DNA of 64,000 nucleotides from Octopus sinensis. Taxonomy: Eukaryota. The stretch lies in NCBI RefSeq assembly GCF_006345805.1, contig NC_042997.1, positions 157,914,001 through 157,978,000 on the forward strand, read 5' to 3'. Position 1 is the stretch's first letter, and each line of letters opens with the position of its first letter. Below, one piece after another: positions 1-13,373 of this stretch. Under the pieces are notes generated by a model. That model saw nothing but the letters and a program-made list of their open reading frames with translations, ran no database searches and was not told where the DNA came from. Both the position numbers and the translations under genes were made by a program.

Positions 1-1310
1 GAATGATTGCACATGCAATAGGGACTAGTTTAAGAATCACCTCGAAGAACCATATGGTAAAGTTTAACAGGAAACTATACATGCAGGTTCAAGGTGCAGC
101 CATTGGTATCGGTGTGACTGGAGATGTGGCCGGTCTCTTCATGACCTGGTGGGAGAGAAAACTTAAACATCCCTTAGTGGAACAAAATACAACTGTTTTG
201 CTTTACTGTAAGTATGTAGATGGCATTAATATTCTATTTAGGACAAACTCTAGTAACTGTAGTGTAGAAAACGAGTGGAGCATAATGGAGAGCATCCAGC
301 ACGTAACTAATTCAATCCACCAAAGTATCAAGGCAAGTATCTACCCCACTAGATACCCTAAAAATAAATTCCCTGTTCTTGATACTGAATTTTGGTTAGA
401 GACTGTGAACAACAGAGTGAAGCTCCTCCATTCCTATTACATGAAACCCATAGCTTCTAAATATGTTGTTCACAAGAACTCAGCTTTGTCACACAACATG
501 AAAATCAACATACTGATAACAGAATTAATTAGTATAATGAACAACGTGTCCCCACTATGCAAACCCTATGAAACAAAGAAATATGTACAGAACTTCCTGC
601 ACCGCATCAATTCTCTGGATATGATCAGAAAGATAGGGTTCGGTTATACAAGGGAGCTAGAAAGAAGCTAGATAGCATTATAGGTAACGAAAACAATGGT
701 GCCTGCCTTAGATATAGAAGTAGAGACTAGAACAGGATACAAAGAGTTTGAGTCAAAGCAAACAGGGTGAACACGTAGTACAAGACCGACAAATATCAAG
801 GAGTGATGTATGTAGAGTCTACAGCCCATGGAGAACTAGCCCGAAAATTTAGGAAACCTGTGGAGGAGACCAAACCCAACATTAGGATTATTGAAAAGCC
901 AAGGAGCTCTATCAGATCACAACTATGTAAGACGTATCTTTTGAGACTACCATATGCACCAATGACAACCGTATGATACGTAGCATTAACTGTAGAACTA
1001 GAAATGTAGTCTACAACATAATGTGCATAGCAGCTGCTTGTAAAGAAAGAACATGGTATACATAGGTGAGACATCTAGAAGCATTGCGAAAAGACAAAAA
1101 TTAATATTTGAGACAATATGACGACAAAAAACAGTCTTCCATACTCTACCAACATACTAAGGACCAACATGGAGGCATGTTGGTTCAACCCGACATCCGC
1201 ATTTTATCTGAGCACCCAAAGGACCCAACACTCGGACAAATACAGGAGTACGTCTTCATAAACGAAACATTCCCAGTACGAAATAGAAACATACGTAGAA
1301 GGTTGTCATA
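1..1310 (+). mobile_element. Penelope-like retroelement, decayed (RT C-terminal half + GIY-YIG endonuclease); 5' part lies outside the window
   Basis: ORF 3..671 has PLE RT motifs (YMQVQGAAIG ~ QxxGxxMG; KYVDG ~ YVDD; FPVLD; YMKP). Across a frameshift, 1000-1100 reads RNVVYNIMC...YIGETSRSIAKR (GIY-YIG). ORF 1108..1422 continues with the C-terminal endonuclease region. Confidence 0.85.
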
Positions 1311-1841
1311 CTCCAATACTCACAGTTTATATACACAGGTAGAGTTGTTAGCAGACTGTTATGCAGACGTGTATATATGTATGTGTGTGTGTGTGCGCGA
1401 GTGTGTGTGTGTATGTATGTGAGTATGTGTGCGTGTGTGTAGGTAAATGAATATGTATGTAAACAGATAGTTAAGTAGATAGGTAATATGGATAAGCACT
1501 CACACGCATACATACATACAAACACAAATACACTGAAACATATGACCATATGCCCACACGCACACTTCACATATACAAGGACAGATATGGAGACACACAT
1601 CCGTACATAACAGTCGCAAGTACGTAGTCACGCAAACCCATGCACATAGACACACTCAAACGTGCTCACACAGGGAGGCAGAGATACACACACAAATACA
1701 CACAGGCATACATAAAAACACACACACACAACACAAACATGAACACACAAACACATGAATACGAAAATACATACATACATACATACAAGTGTACAGACAT
1801 GCATACACATATAAGAGTATTGTAGTTCGCTTGAAGCATTG

Positions 1842-2134
1842 TGTATTGTTTGTAAACAATAAAAAGTTTTGAATGGTACAACAATGCACTATGATACAGA
1901 CAATGGGCTATATACCTGTTGTAATTTAGTCATCCATAGTCTGATATGATATTTTGGAACAATATTCCTTCTTCAGATATTCTTAGATGGAATCGCTGAA
2001 GAATATCTGCCGAAGGAATATTATTCCGAAATATCATATCAGACTATGGATGACTAAATGACGACAGGTATATAGCCCATTGTCTTTATTATATTGCATT
2101 GTTGTACCATTCAAAACATTTTATTCTTTATACA

Positions 2135-2141
<7 letters not shown>
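1842..2141. mobile_element. Fold-back (palindromic) MITE-like element, about 145-bp arms, 9-nt loop
   Basis: 1842-1986 is the reverse complement of 1996-2141 with scattered mismatches (e.g. ATGGGCTATATACCTGT...GATATTCTT vs AAGAATATC...ACAGGTATATAGCCCAT). Confidence 0.8.
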
Positions 2142-2175
<34 letters not shown>

Positions 2176-2420
2176 ATGCATACACACGTACATGCATACA
2201 CACAGGTACGTACATACATACATACATACATACATACATACATACATACATACATGCATGCATGGATACCTACCTACCTACTACCTACCTACCTACCTAC
2301 CTACCTACCTACCTACATACCTACATACCTACCTACCTACCTACCTACCTACCTACCTACATACATACATACATACATGCATACATACATACACACACAT
2401 CTGTATACATATACACACTA
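2140..2420. repeat. Compound microsatellite (TA)n/(TACA)n/(TACC)n
   Basis: Direct reading of tandem units. Confidence 0.95.
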
Positions 2421-2679
2421 ATGCACGCACGTGTCTACAAAAAACAACAAACAAAATGAACGCAGCTCTGATAATGGACAGAGTTAACGACTATTGAAAA
2501 TTTCAGAAACGCAACGAAAATTTTAGAAAAAGAAATAACTAAATGAGTGGAAATCGAAACGGTGAGGGTGTTAAAATAATAATAAGGCACTAAAAGAGAA
2601 TGACTCTCCCTAGGCACAATAAAATATGCTTCAACATACGAATTCACATAAAGAATCTTGCAAACGAAATACTAAAATG

Positions 2680-2725
2680 AAATATATATATATATATATA
2701 TATGCATATACACAGACAAAAACAC

Positions 2726-2781
<56 letters not shown>

Positions 2782-2848
2782 GGTGTGTGTGTGTATACAC
2801 ACACACACATATATGGGATATATATATATATATATAGATATGTATATA

Positions 2849-2906
<58 letters not shown>

Positions 2907-2940
2907 TATATATATATATATTTATTTATATGTATATAGG
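2680..2940. repeat. Compound microsatellite (TA)n/(CA)n/(TG)n
   Basis: Direct reading of tandem units. Confidence 0.95.
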
Positions 2941-3644
2941 TCGTACGCGCACTCATACAACGACACAAACGTCTCCACTCATACGTGTCTGTGGATGTAT
3001 AGCAGCATTTATTAGACGGAAAAGTAAGCCATAAATATAGTCCAGGGAATGTAACAGCTAGAAGAAATGGTTTGAGTGTGGGGAGTTCTAAGGAAATATA
3101 AATATAGATTCAGAATGTGTTTCTGTACCCTGTTATTATTGTTGACATCAATAAAGGATATTTTCTACAAACACGCAAACAGTTTTACAGAATATGAGAA
3201 GCCTTTCTGATATTACGCTTGACATTTGAGAAGTCCTATGTCTAACTCATCCTATTAATCCATAATTTAACACTTGAATTAATGTAAACTGCATCTCTAT
3301 ATTTCACTTCTGACCCCTTTTATTTGCACTTTTCTCTATTAATCGAACTTAACAAAAGAAAACAAAATAGATCTGAAAAAAAAATTAAAGTAATGATTTG
3401 TTTAACTTCCCTTTATTTATGAAAAAGAAATAGTTGAAATATGAAGCTAGTACGAGAAACCGAATTCTTATCTAAATAAAGAATTATATATTTATATTCA
3501 GATATAGATTTCTCTTTGACTTGCTAAAACGCACGTTTTATAAGATGTAGGAAGCAGGATAACATAAAGCAATAGTTATTTTATTGACAGAAGTGAGCCA
3601 TACAAGAAGCAAGATTGCAGCAAGCTTTGAACTGTATATGTAAA

Positions 3645-4918
3645 CATGGGTCGACCGAAAAGTTCATAGGCTGACCAAAATACTCTCATGGAATATGACT
3701 AAATGAGGTTTATTTTTCAACATAGTCCCCTTTGCAGTCCACACACTTCTTCATCCGATTTTGCAGTGCTTAGAACCCATTGAAAAAGAAGCTTTCATCC
3801 TGTTGGTGAAAAAGTCATCAATAACAGATGCAACACCATCACTTCTGCAATATTGGTTACAATCCAGGTACTTTTGATGTTGGGGAATAGATAATAGTCA
3901 GATGTGGCCGAACCAGAATAGGGAAGATGGGAACCTAGTTCAAAGCCACAGTCACGCATAGTAACCGTTGAAATCATGGGTTTATGTGCTGGAGTATTGT
4001 CCTCATGAAACAAGACTCCTTTCATCAATTTTCCCGAGCGTTGAGTCTTGATAAACTTTCATAACTCCCTCAGCATTTTGGCTTAATCGTCTTCATTGAT
4101 GATGAGACCCTTTTGAACATAATCGATTAACGCAATGCCTTTTGCATCCCAAAAGACTGAGGTCATCTACTTCCCTGCAGATGAAATGGCTTTGTCCTTC
4201 TTTGGAGCAGGTGAAGAAGGGTGTTTCCACTGCATAGATTTTCTCATTGTCTCTGACTCAAAGTAATGAAGCCACCACTCTTCCTGTGTGAGGAAACGTT
4301 CAAGAAAACCAGCCAGATCTGCCTCGAACAATATCTGATTTTCCCGTGATGTAATCAACCTGGTGCGCATTCGATCATGTGCCAGAAGAAGTGGAACTCA
4401 TCGAGTAGAAACCTTCGTTATGCTAACTTCATTGAGCAGAATATTCTCAACTCTCTCACGGGATATGCTAAAATCATTGGCTATTTGATTTATAAACAAT
4501 CACCTGTCATTCATCAGTGTGCGATTTTCTCAATGTTTTTCCAATGTGTTTCCTCGGTCGTACAGAACGTCCAGACGTTGGGTACTCTCTAAAAGCCTCC
4601 CTTCTCCTCCTAAATCCAACTGCCCACTTTAATACTGTTGATAAAACTGAAGCATCATCCTCTAATGTAAGAACCGTGTTAGCATGAATGACTTTGAAAT
4701 TATACCTTTTTTTCTGCAGTTACTTGATAAAAACTATGATGCCAAACTTCGATTTTTAAGAGATGCTATTGAAGTGTCCTTTGAGCAGTAAGAAATCAGT
4801 TTACTTGGAACGAAACAATGAAGTTATTAAGATGGGTTGAAATTAGTGCATGCAAGATTTCACAACTCTAGCACCACTCCATCATAGGTCTGCCTATGAA
4901 AATTTCAGTCCACTCTCG
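3645..4918 (-). mobile_element. Mariner (Tc1/mariner) transposon, near full length, transposase pseudogene
   Basis: Minus-strand ORF pieces: RFLTQEEWWLHYFESETMRKSMQWKHPSSPAPKK (~TGDETW..WxxxxxPxPKK) and VLFHEDNTPAH...SHLPYSGSATSDYYLFPNIK (~HDNARPH, YSPDLAPSDY). Degenerate TIRs at 3645 (..GAAAAGTTCATAGGCTGACC) and ending at 4918, followed by TA. About 1.27 kb. Confidence 0.9.
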
Positions 4919-4921
4919 TAC

Positions 4922-4962
4922 ATGAATACATACATACATACATACATACATACATACATACA

Positions 4963-4996
<34 letters not shown>

Positions 4997-5250
4997 CATA
5001 CAAACGCATATATCTATATACAACATCATCATCTTCATCATCATTATCATCATCAACGTTATCGTCGTCATCGTCGTCAACGTAAAACTACAGACACAAC
5101 AACAGAAGCAACAATAGAAGCAGCAGTAGTAGTAGCAGTACCACCAGCACCACCTCCACCACCACCACCACCACCACCACCACCACCACCACAAAAACCA
5201 CCACCACCACAAATACCACCACCACCACCATCACCACCACCACCACCATA
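4922..5250. repeat. (TACA)n followed by (CAT)n and (CCA)n trinucleotide tracts
   Basis: Direct reading; source of the spurious poly-His/poly-Pro ORF 4850..5275. Confidence 0.9.
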
Positions 5251-5254
5251 CTCT

Positions 5255-5445
5255 TTTATTTGTTTCGTCATTTGACTGTGGCTATGCTGGAGCACGGCCT
5301 TTAATCGAGCAAATCGACCCCAGGACTTATTCTTTGCAAGCCTAATACTTATTCTATCGGTCTCTTTTGCCGAACCGCTAAGTTACGGGGACATAAACAC
5401 ACCAGCATCGGTTGTCAAGTGATGTTTGGGGGGTGGGTGCAAATA
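5255..5445 (-). mobile_element. Octopus-type SINE (family B; ...GCCGAACCGCTAAGTTACGGGGAC...)
   Basis: Related, more diverged copies at about 27540-27700 and 32560-32760, with short fragments near 38995 and 54550. Confidence 0.7.
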
Positions 5446-5494
5446 CAGACACACAAAGACATACACACACATACATATACACATATATACATAT

Positions 5495-5655
5495 ATACGA
5501 CCGGCTTCTTTCAGTTTCCATCTACCAAATCCACTCACAAGGCTTTGATCGGCTCGAGGCTATAGTAGAAGACACTTGCGCAAGGTGCCACGCAGTGGGA
5601 CTGAACCCGAAACCATGTGGTTCGTACGCAAGCTACTTGCCACACAGTCACCCTT
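5495..5655 (-). mobile_element. tRNA-derived SINE (family C, CORE-like GCACCTTGGGCAAG segment)
   Basis: Reverse complement of the copy at 63679-63830; tRNA-like head with A-box/B-box-like motifs (GTGGCTGTGTGG; GGTTCAGTCCC). Confidence 0.8.
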
Positions 5656-5713
5656 ACGCCTGTATATATATACATGCATATATACATACTACAAACATAC
5701 ATACGCCTACATA

Positions 5714-5753
<40 letters not shown>

Positions 5754-5790
5754 ATATATTATCTATGGTATAAATACATTTGTGTGGGTG

Positions 5791-5823
<33 letters not shown>

Positions 5824-6149
5824 TATATATACGCATATGTAAACACGCACAAAAATATTTTAATCTTATCAAATAATATGAAAAAAATCTACAAAGAGTA
5901 ATAATTGATTGTAAAAGAAAATATAATAGGTTAAATAATTACACGAGGTGTTGATGAAGAAAATAAATTAAATTATTTAATTAAGCAACTCTTCTAACAA
6001 ATTGATCAGACGGCGTCAACATATTGCTTTTACCATTTTGTGTATTTGTAGGTAATTTAATGAATTTGTTTTCATGTTTTAAAATTTGATATACGAATGG
6101 GAAGAAGAATGAACGGTAAGGGGGATTCAGACTATAAGTGATTGCGTGT

Positions 6150-6306
6150 GGGAATGTATGTGTGTGTGAGTGTGTGTGAGTGAGGGAGATAGAGAAAGAG
6201 AGAGGGTGAGAGAGAGAGAAATAAAGAGAGAGAGAGAGAGAGAGACATGGTGAGCGGGAGAGAGAGAAAGAAGATTAAGAAAAAGCGATATAAAATAAAT
6301 GAATGC

Positions 6307-6384
<78 letters not shown>

Positions 6385-6650
6385 TAGATATGTATGTATG
6401 ATATTATATGTATATATATGTATGTATGTGTTATATATGTATATATATAATATATATATCTAGATATATATATATATACATACATAAATATATATATATG
6501 AATACATATATATATATACATATGCGCACACATGTACAATATATATATTTATGCATATATGCATATATATATATATATATATATATGCATAAATGCATAT
6601 ATGCACATACATATACGCACACACAATTGTACATACATGTGTGTGTGTGC
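6150..6650. repeat. Compound microsatellite (TG)n/(GA)n/(TA)n
   Basis: Direct reading. Confidence 0.95.
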
Positions 6651-6751
6651 GTTTGTTTTCACATGCATGCACTGTCAACATTAGTGAAACTTTAGTGTAA
6701 GTAGAAATAGGTGGAAGTACGAAAGGTGGGATATTTTAGTTGAGAGAGAGA

Positions 6752-6782
<31 letters not shown>

Positions 6783-7190
6783 TGAGCGAAGGGGATAAAA
6801 TTGAAAGTGATGGAAGTTGGGAGGCGTGGGATTAATAGCCGTTGTGTCTCCTTTTTCTCGAAGTTTCTTTTCTCGCTGTTGACCTTGTTGCTCTGCGAAA
6901 GAAAAATGGCTCCAACATCACACAATGTTACAAACATCTACACGAAACTAACGTCGACTCCGTTGGTTATTGTCCCAATAAGGCGATGGCACGTTAGCGT
7001 TCCAAGTTGTTAATTAACATGTGTCGTGTTTGGTGAAAAACAGGCAAATGACAACAGCGGCGGCAACGATGACGACGACGATGGCAAATGTCACACAAAT
7101 AAAACAGCAGCTGCAATATTAGCCAATAATAAGTGTCTCTAATTTAGGCACAAGGGCAGAAATTTTGAGGGAAGTGACTCAGTCAATACC

Positions 7191-7425
7191 TATTTCTTTA
7201 TTACCCACGAGGGGCTAAACATAGAGGGGACAAACAAGGACAGACATAGGTATTAAGTCGATTACATCGACCCCAGTGCGTAACTGGTACTTAATTTATC
7301 GACCCCGAAAGGATGAAAGGCAAAGTCGACCCCAGCGGAATTTGAACTCACAACGTAACGGCAGACGAAATACGGCTACGCATTGCGCCCGGCGCGCTAA
7401 CGTTTCTGCCAGCTCGCCGCCTTAT
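7191..7425 (-). mobile_element. tRNA-derived SINE (family A), full length, with 16-bp TSD
   Basis: Head GGCGGCGAGCTGGCAGAAACGTTAGC and central GCCTTTCATCCTTTCGGGGTCGAT on the minus strand. Direct repeat TGACTCAGTCAATACC at 7175-7190 and 7426-7441. Confidence 0.9.
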
Positions 7426-9374
7426 TGACTCAGTCAATACCATTGACCTAAGTATTTCACTGGCACCGTATTTTTATCGATTTCGTATAGATAAACCGTA
7501 ATGTTAACCTTAGCGGTCGGCAACCCGCCATTAAGAGAAATAGAATTTCAAACGATAATAACATCCCCAGAAACAGCCATGCGACTGACGTCTCAAGGAA
7601 CATTTCAACCTGATAGAAACAACTGCCAACTCTCACTCAAATCTCACCATACTCTCTTAAAGAATGACGCATTTAATATTCTAATCCTAGCTGCATGTTG
7701 GAAAATAAAATGGCATGGTTTTAGGACGCCTTTGACCACAGGCATGTGCAAAGAGCTAATCTAAACATCTATTGGCTTAAAAAGAGCTTCCACTGATTAA
7801 TAAAAAAAGTGACAATGTTGGGTTTCTTATAGATGTCCTGAACATTTTGTGATGTTGGAGACATTTTGACTTTTGAGTTGGTTAATCATTGACTTAGGGT
7901 AAGCTACAAAACCAACAATACCAAAAGAAAAAACGAACAACAACAAAAAATACATAGTTTGGACAGCTAGAAATAGAAACCAAATCTCTCTCTAATCATA
8001 CGATCCCATTTTTTAAAGAAAAGGTATGGGCGCGTTGGATTGATTAGTTTGAAATAGCATGTGTGAAAAGAAATAGGGGATGGTGATGGCTACACTACCT
8101 GAAGTGATCTGAGGCGAAACAACAACAGTAACAAACAGTAAAAGCAGCAATCAGGAAGATAAATAAGAAAAATACTAATATTTTCTTGAAGAACAAGGAT
8201 TAATTGCATTGATTCTTACATAGCGTTAAACAGACATGAGACAAATATCTTTATGAGCAGGATAGCGTGCTGGTTAGCTTACTTGAAATGGAGCTGAAGC
8301 CAGCATTGATGGTCAACGAATCGTTCGTTTATCATTGAATGGTTTATAGTAATGATTTATAAGAACCACAATATATTTCATAAGTTGGCTCAGCTGTGGA
8401 AAGAGTTAAACATTTTGATAATTTTGTAGATCAGGTTTCTTAACAATGTATGTTTACCGTCCTTATATGTTTATTACCGGTAAAAATATTAGTAAACTAT
8501 TTAATGTTAGAAGAACGAAAATAGTTGGACTTTATATACGAGAACTTTATATGTTACCTTCATAGAACAAGTTTAACGTCCCTTCATCATGAGACTAAGT
8601 GCTGTAGAAAGCCACAACATCGAGGATAATATTTATTTAATGATACCCAAAGTACGTTCAACCATAATGAAATAAAAGTTTAGATATCTTTCCAACAAAA
8701 TACTGATTTCTGTATGTATCTTTTATACATAAAATTATTCATAAACATATTTATAAATCTTTATAGTATGTGTTATTTAAATGCCATATTATATTTTCAA
8801 TCAAATGCTAAATATATTTCTACATGAAAACATTGCATGCTGTAATTCTATTATGCCCGTTAATTTGCTTTTAATTAATTAAATAACTGATAGCGAAGTT
8901 TTAGTCAGACTGAAGTTCAATTTCTGTTGTCACCTCAATTTATTAATGGCATTTTTTAAAATGAATTTCGCAAAACAAAACGAAAAAGCTTTCATAATTT
9001 CAGCCATTCCCGTGATTTTATGACAGCAATGATAAGAGCTAGCCACACATGCATCTAGCCGCAACTGGTTGTTCACAGCACATTCAAAACTAGAGAAAGC
9101 CATATTTGTAAGAAAGATTTCAATATTTATGATAACCGATTCTCGCTGTTTAGAAATTTTCACTGAAGAAATATCAACTTCCTTTGACTTGGAGCTTATT
9201 TGCACTTATTTTAGTTGGACAGCTGCTGAGGTTTTCTCGTTTTATTGATAACAATAAGCTTTCGGGCAGAACAAATATAGTCGACAACAGTTCTGAATGT
9301 TTTCCTGTCATACGTAAATTATTCTTTTATTCTTTGGACGTTTTTCATATATATGTATATGTATATGCATATGC

Positions 9375-9448
<74 letters not shown>

Positions 9449-9855
9449 ATATATATATATATATAATATATAATATATATATATATTATATATATATTTA
9501 TATATTTATATGTATATTCTATTTTCCTGCTTTGTTATTCAACAACTTAGCAAATAATATTTCTATCATTCTCAATTTTAATGTACGTTTCAAGTTACAT
9601 GCAACAGTAACTATGGATACATATTGATTATAATAATGGAATAAGCAGATATGCTTAAACAGGAAACATCTGGAATTTACCTTAACTACCTATTTAATAT
9701 TTTGGTATAATATAATCTATGCACTTATATTCTTTTAGAGATTAGGACTGCTAACCTCTAAAATGGAAAAAATACATTTGGAATACCAAAATATTTACAA
9801 TATATATATGTATATGTATATATACGTGTATATATATATGTATAATAATAATAAT

Positions 9856-9921
<66 letters not shown>

Positions 9922-9926
<5 letters not shown>

Positions 9927-10678
9927 CTGCATTCTGCGTGCATATCAGGCCACCAGTGACATCTCAGCTAAACACTGTGGGCCACACGTAACTTTCGAGC
10001 ATCTGCAGCTAGCAGTCCGTATTCATGGTGTCGTGTCACGTAGAAAATATGAGCCGACGACTCTTGTTGCCGTTATTCTGCGCTACATGGTCACTTTTGG
10101 TCGACCTTGCATCCTCTCAACCGTCATTTTCGAATCCTTATCACATGACGTCCAGTAATGGAATCTGTGACGATTGATGAAACGACCAACTTGGAATACA
10201 GTCTCGTCACTCCAGAGGATGTTTTTAAACTATTCAGGCCAAAATTAATGCCAACCCAGCATTAACTCTCCATATTCCATTCTGCTGTCACAGTCTTCAA
10301 GTTTTAGCTCCTGCACGTACTGGGGTTTCTACGGAGGAAAATTCAGTTCTTTACGTAACACCGTACATATTGTGTGTCTTGTTAGCCAACTTTCACGAGC
10401 TGCTTGGCGTGATGATTTTTGTGGGCTGCGATTAAACATTTTCTGCACTGTTGCCACGGTCTCCGCTGATCGGGATATGGTTGGACAGCCACTTCTTGCA
10501 TCGTTCACAGATCCTGTGGTCATCAGCTTTGCATGACAACTTTTTATTGTCTTTGGACATAGTGTTGCATGCTTACCTTTCCATGCACGCCATCATCTCT
10601 GAACCAAAACAATGGAATTCCATACTTCAAGTTGTACTGTTATCTTAGCTAGCTCCTGAACAGTCAAGCGACGGGCCA
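9922..10678 (-). mobile_element. Tc1/mariner-superfamily transposase pseudogene (maT/DD37D-like), truncated
   Basis: Minus strand reads MARRLTVQELAKI...TTGSVNDARSGCPT...RSPQKSSRQAARE...ILWSDETVFQVGRFINRH..., with in-frame stops. WSDE is the first catalytic D motif. Confidence 0.8.
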
Positions 10679-11307
10679 TGTGGAAAATAAAAAATGAGGC
10701 AATATAAAAATTTAAAAAATAATCCCCATTAGTGTTGTCTGTTTAGAAAATGTTTTTGCCATGACTTAAGTTGCAGCGTACTTCCAAACACATCTCGTGG
10801 TGACGTAATACACAGGATGAATCAAGCGTAACGTACTACGTGACAAACTTGGTCTTTTGACTTATATGTACAATCTATCGGATGGGCTGCTATACAGGCT
10901 ACGTCTACCTCGTTTTATTCACACAGTAACAAATATTCAAATGTTCAATTGATCCTGATTCTGTTATCTTCAATGAAAACGGCAGTATTTGAATAATACT
11001 AGAAATGTCTGTGATGTAGTATCTTTATTACGTTTTGTTAGGGAATGGAATGAATAGTATAAACTGTTGAAACCGAAATATATTTTAGATCTATTTAGTT
11101 TTCTATCGCTATGATCTAAGATCAAATCCTACTAAAGATTACTTTTCCGATTATTGATCTGAGATTGATAAAAATATGTACCAGGCATATATTCAGATTT
11201 CGATTAATCTTTTTTGCAAGTTTTCGACTGGAACCCCTTGTAAGACATTTAGAGGATGTTCTACGGACTGCAAGAGTGTTATGTTTCTAATAAGCACAGC
11301 AGCAACA

Positions 11308-11363
<56 letters not shown>

Positions 11364-11984
11364 GAGAGGAGAGGTAGAGAGAGATGAAGTAAAATAGGAA
11401 ATTAAAAATCGGAAGAAAGGAAACGATAAGTATATGAAAAAAGGTTGACGAAACCATATTTTATTTGATATAAACTTACACGTCACATTAATACATACAT
11501 ACATACGTACGCACGTACATGCATACATACAAACATACATACATACATAACATACATACATACATACATACATGCATACATACATACATACATATACACA
11601 TATATACATATATACGTACGTTCAGACAGATAGAGAGATAGATAAATAGTTAGATAGATATTATTAGAAATGAATAGTTATATGTGAAAACGTTGGCGTG
11701 TTTGCTTTGGTATGTCTTTTTAAATAAGATGTTTCTCTTAGGCAAATTTTTCTATCAGATAACAGCCGGCTCCTTGATGTCGACTGCTTTATAAACTCTT
11801 CATATATTACTGAATATATATTGTCTTATTCTGTTGTTGTTTCTTTACTTTTTCCATTTATTTGTTATATATTTAATAGGTTTTGTTTTTATCCATTCGG
11901 TTCTTTGTACTACCTCAACAAGAGAGAGATATTTATACACACACTTCCTAACACACGGATTGATAAAAGAGGAAAATCACGCAC

Positions 11985-12065
<81 letters not shown>

Positions 12066-12849
12066 GCTACATACTGTTTTTCGAAGTGAAGCTAATATGC
12101 AACCATAGTGCAGCTATGTCAATGGGATGAGCAACCAGTGTCCTTAAATAATTTATTAATAATGTTCAGTTGACTTGGAATGGAAGCTTAAGAGCAGGTG
12201 CTGCCAAATAAATATCATTTTTAAAATAAAAAAAACATGTTCAAAATTGTGATGAAAATAATGGTGATGATGATGACGATGACGATGACAATAAAGATGA
12301 TGATGAAAATAATAAGATAACAAAAAAATTTCACTGCTCTATCTTTAATACATTAATTATGAAACATTTTCTTCTTCAAAAACTATGCTGAATTCATACC
12401 CAAAAACGTGAACAAAAAAAAACAAAACAAAAAAACATACATAAAAAATTGAAATAAAGAAACTCAATTGTCTGAATGATAATCAATAATTGACTAAAAA
12501 TAGAACAACAAAAATTTTGAAAATAATTCATTCTATTTCGAAATGTTTTCTAGAAATCATTTATCAAAATGTTATCAAAATTTTAAACAATAAATTATTG
12601 CATATGAACTTTCATGATGAGTTCTATTGAATCATTGACTCATTTCCCCCATTATTGTTTTTGTTTTATTTCTTAGGGACGAACCTGGGTTGTTACTATA
12701 CCGCACAACCAACAGCTCCCCTCTCGCACGCATTCATACATCCACCCATATATACACATGCACTCACATAGGCACGCAAGCACAGACACCCCCCATACGT
12801 ACGTAACATATAAACATGTATGTACATATATATTCGTACATATACATAC

Positions 12850-12893
<44 letters not shown>

Positions 12894-12959
12894 ATGTACG
12901 AATATATATGTACATACATGTTTATATGTTACGTACGTATGGGGGGTGTATATATAGAT

Positions 12960-13144
12960 CGTTAGCCACTACAAACATTTTTTCTCTCCTTGTTTTTCAC
13001 CTGTTTTCTGTGTCCCTTTCTGTAGAAGAGCATAGGCTCGAAACGTAAAAGACTTTTTCTATTCCTGAGCGTTATACAAATACATCTGTTTGTTTTGTAC
13101 ACTACCTGTCTTCGTCTTTTGTTGTTTTTTTCGTAAATTCTCCC

Positions 13145-13145
<1 letters not shown>
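12960..13145 (+). mobile_element. Non-autonomous repeat, probably a Penelope-type terminal repeat, with a hammerhead-like motif
   Basis: A second partial copy lies at about 52760-52865 (CTCGAAACGT..AAAGA...CCxGAGC.TTATACAAATACATCTGTTTG...TTCTCCCTATATA). Both end in (TA)n. Confidence 0.55.
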
Positions 13146-13180
<35 letters not shown>

Positions 13181-13185
13181 ATATA

Positions 13186-13373
13186 TTTATATATAGAGGG
13201 CATTATACATACATGCCAGAAGGCATTATACATACATGCCACACGCTAAGAGGGACAATTAGTCATTTCTACCAAATGACTAATTGGTAGAAATGACTAA
13301 TTGTCCCTCTTAGCGTGTGGCATGTATGTATAATGCCTTCTGGCATGTATGTATAATGCCCTCTATATATAAA
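13186..13373. repeat. Perfect 90-bp inverted repeat with 8-nt spacer
   Basis: 13186-13275 is the exact reverse complement of 13284-13373; spacer ATGACTAA. Confidence 0.95.

Noticed and set aside
1996-2040. CTGAAGA...GAAA hammerhead-like core inside the fold-back element
   Set aside because: No helix II begins after A9, and helices I and III cannot be formed.
4850-5275. ORF with His-rich and poly-Pro segments resembling a formin or extensin domain
   Set aside because: Built from (TACA)n, (CAT)n and (CCA)n tracts, starts in a mariner TIR and ends in a SINE; no splice context.
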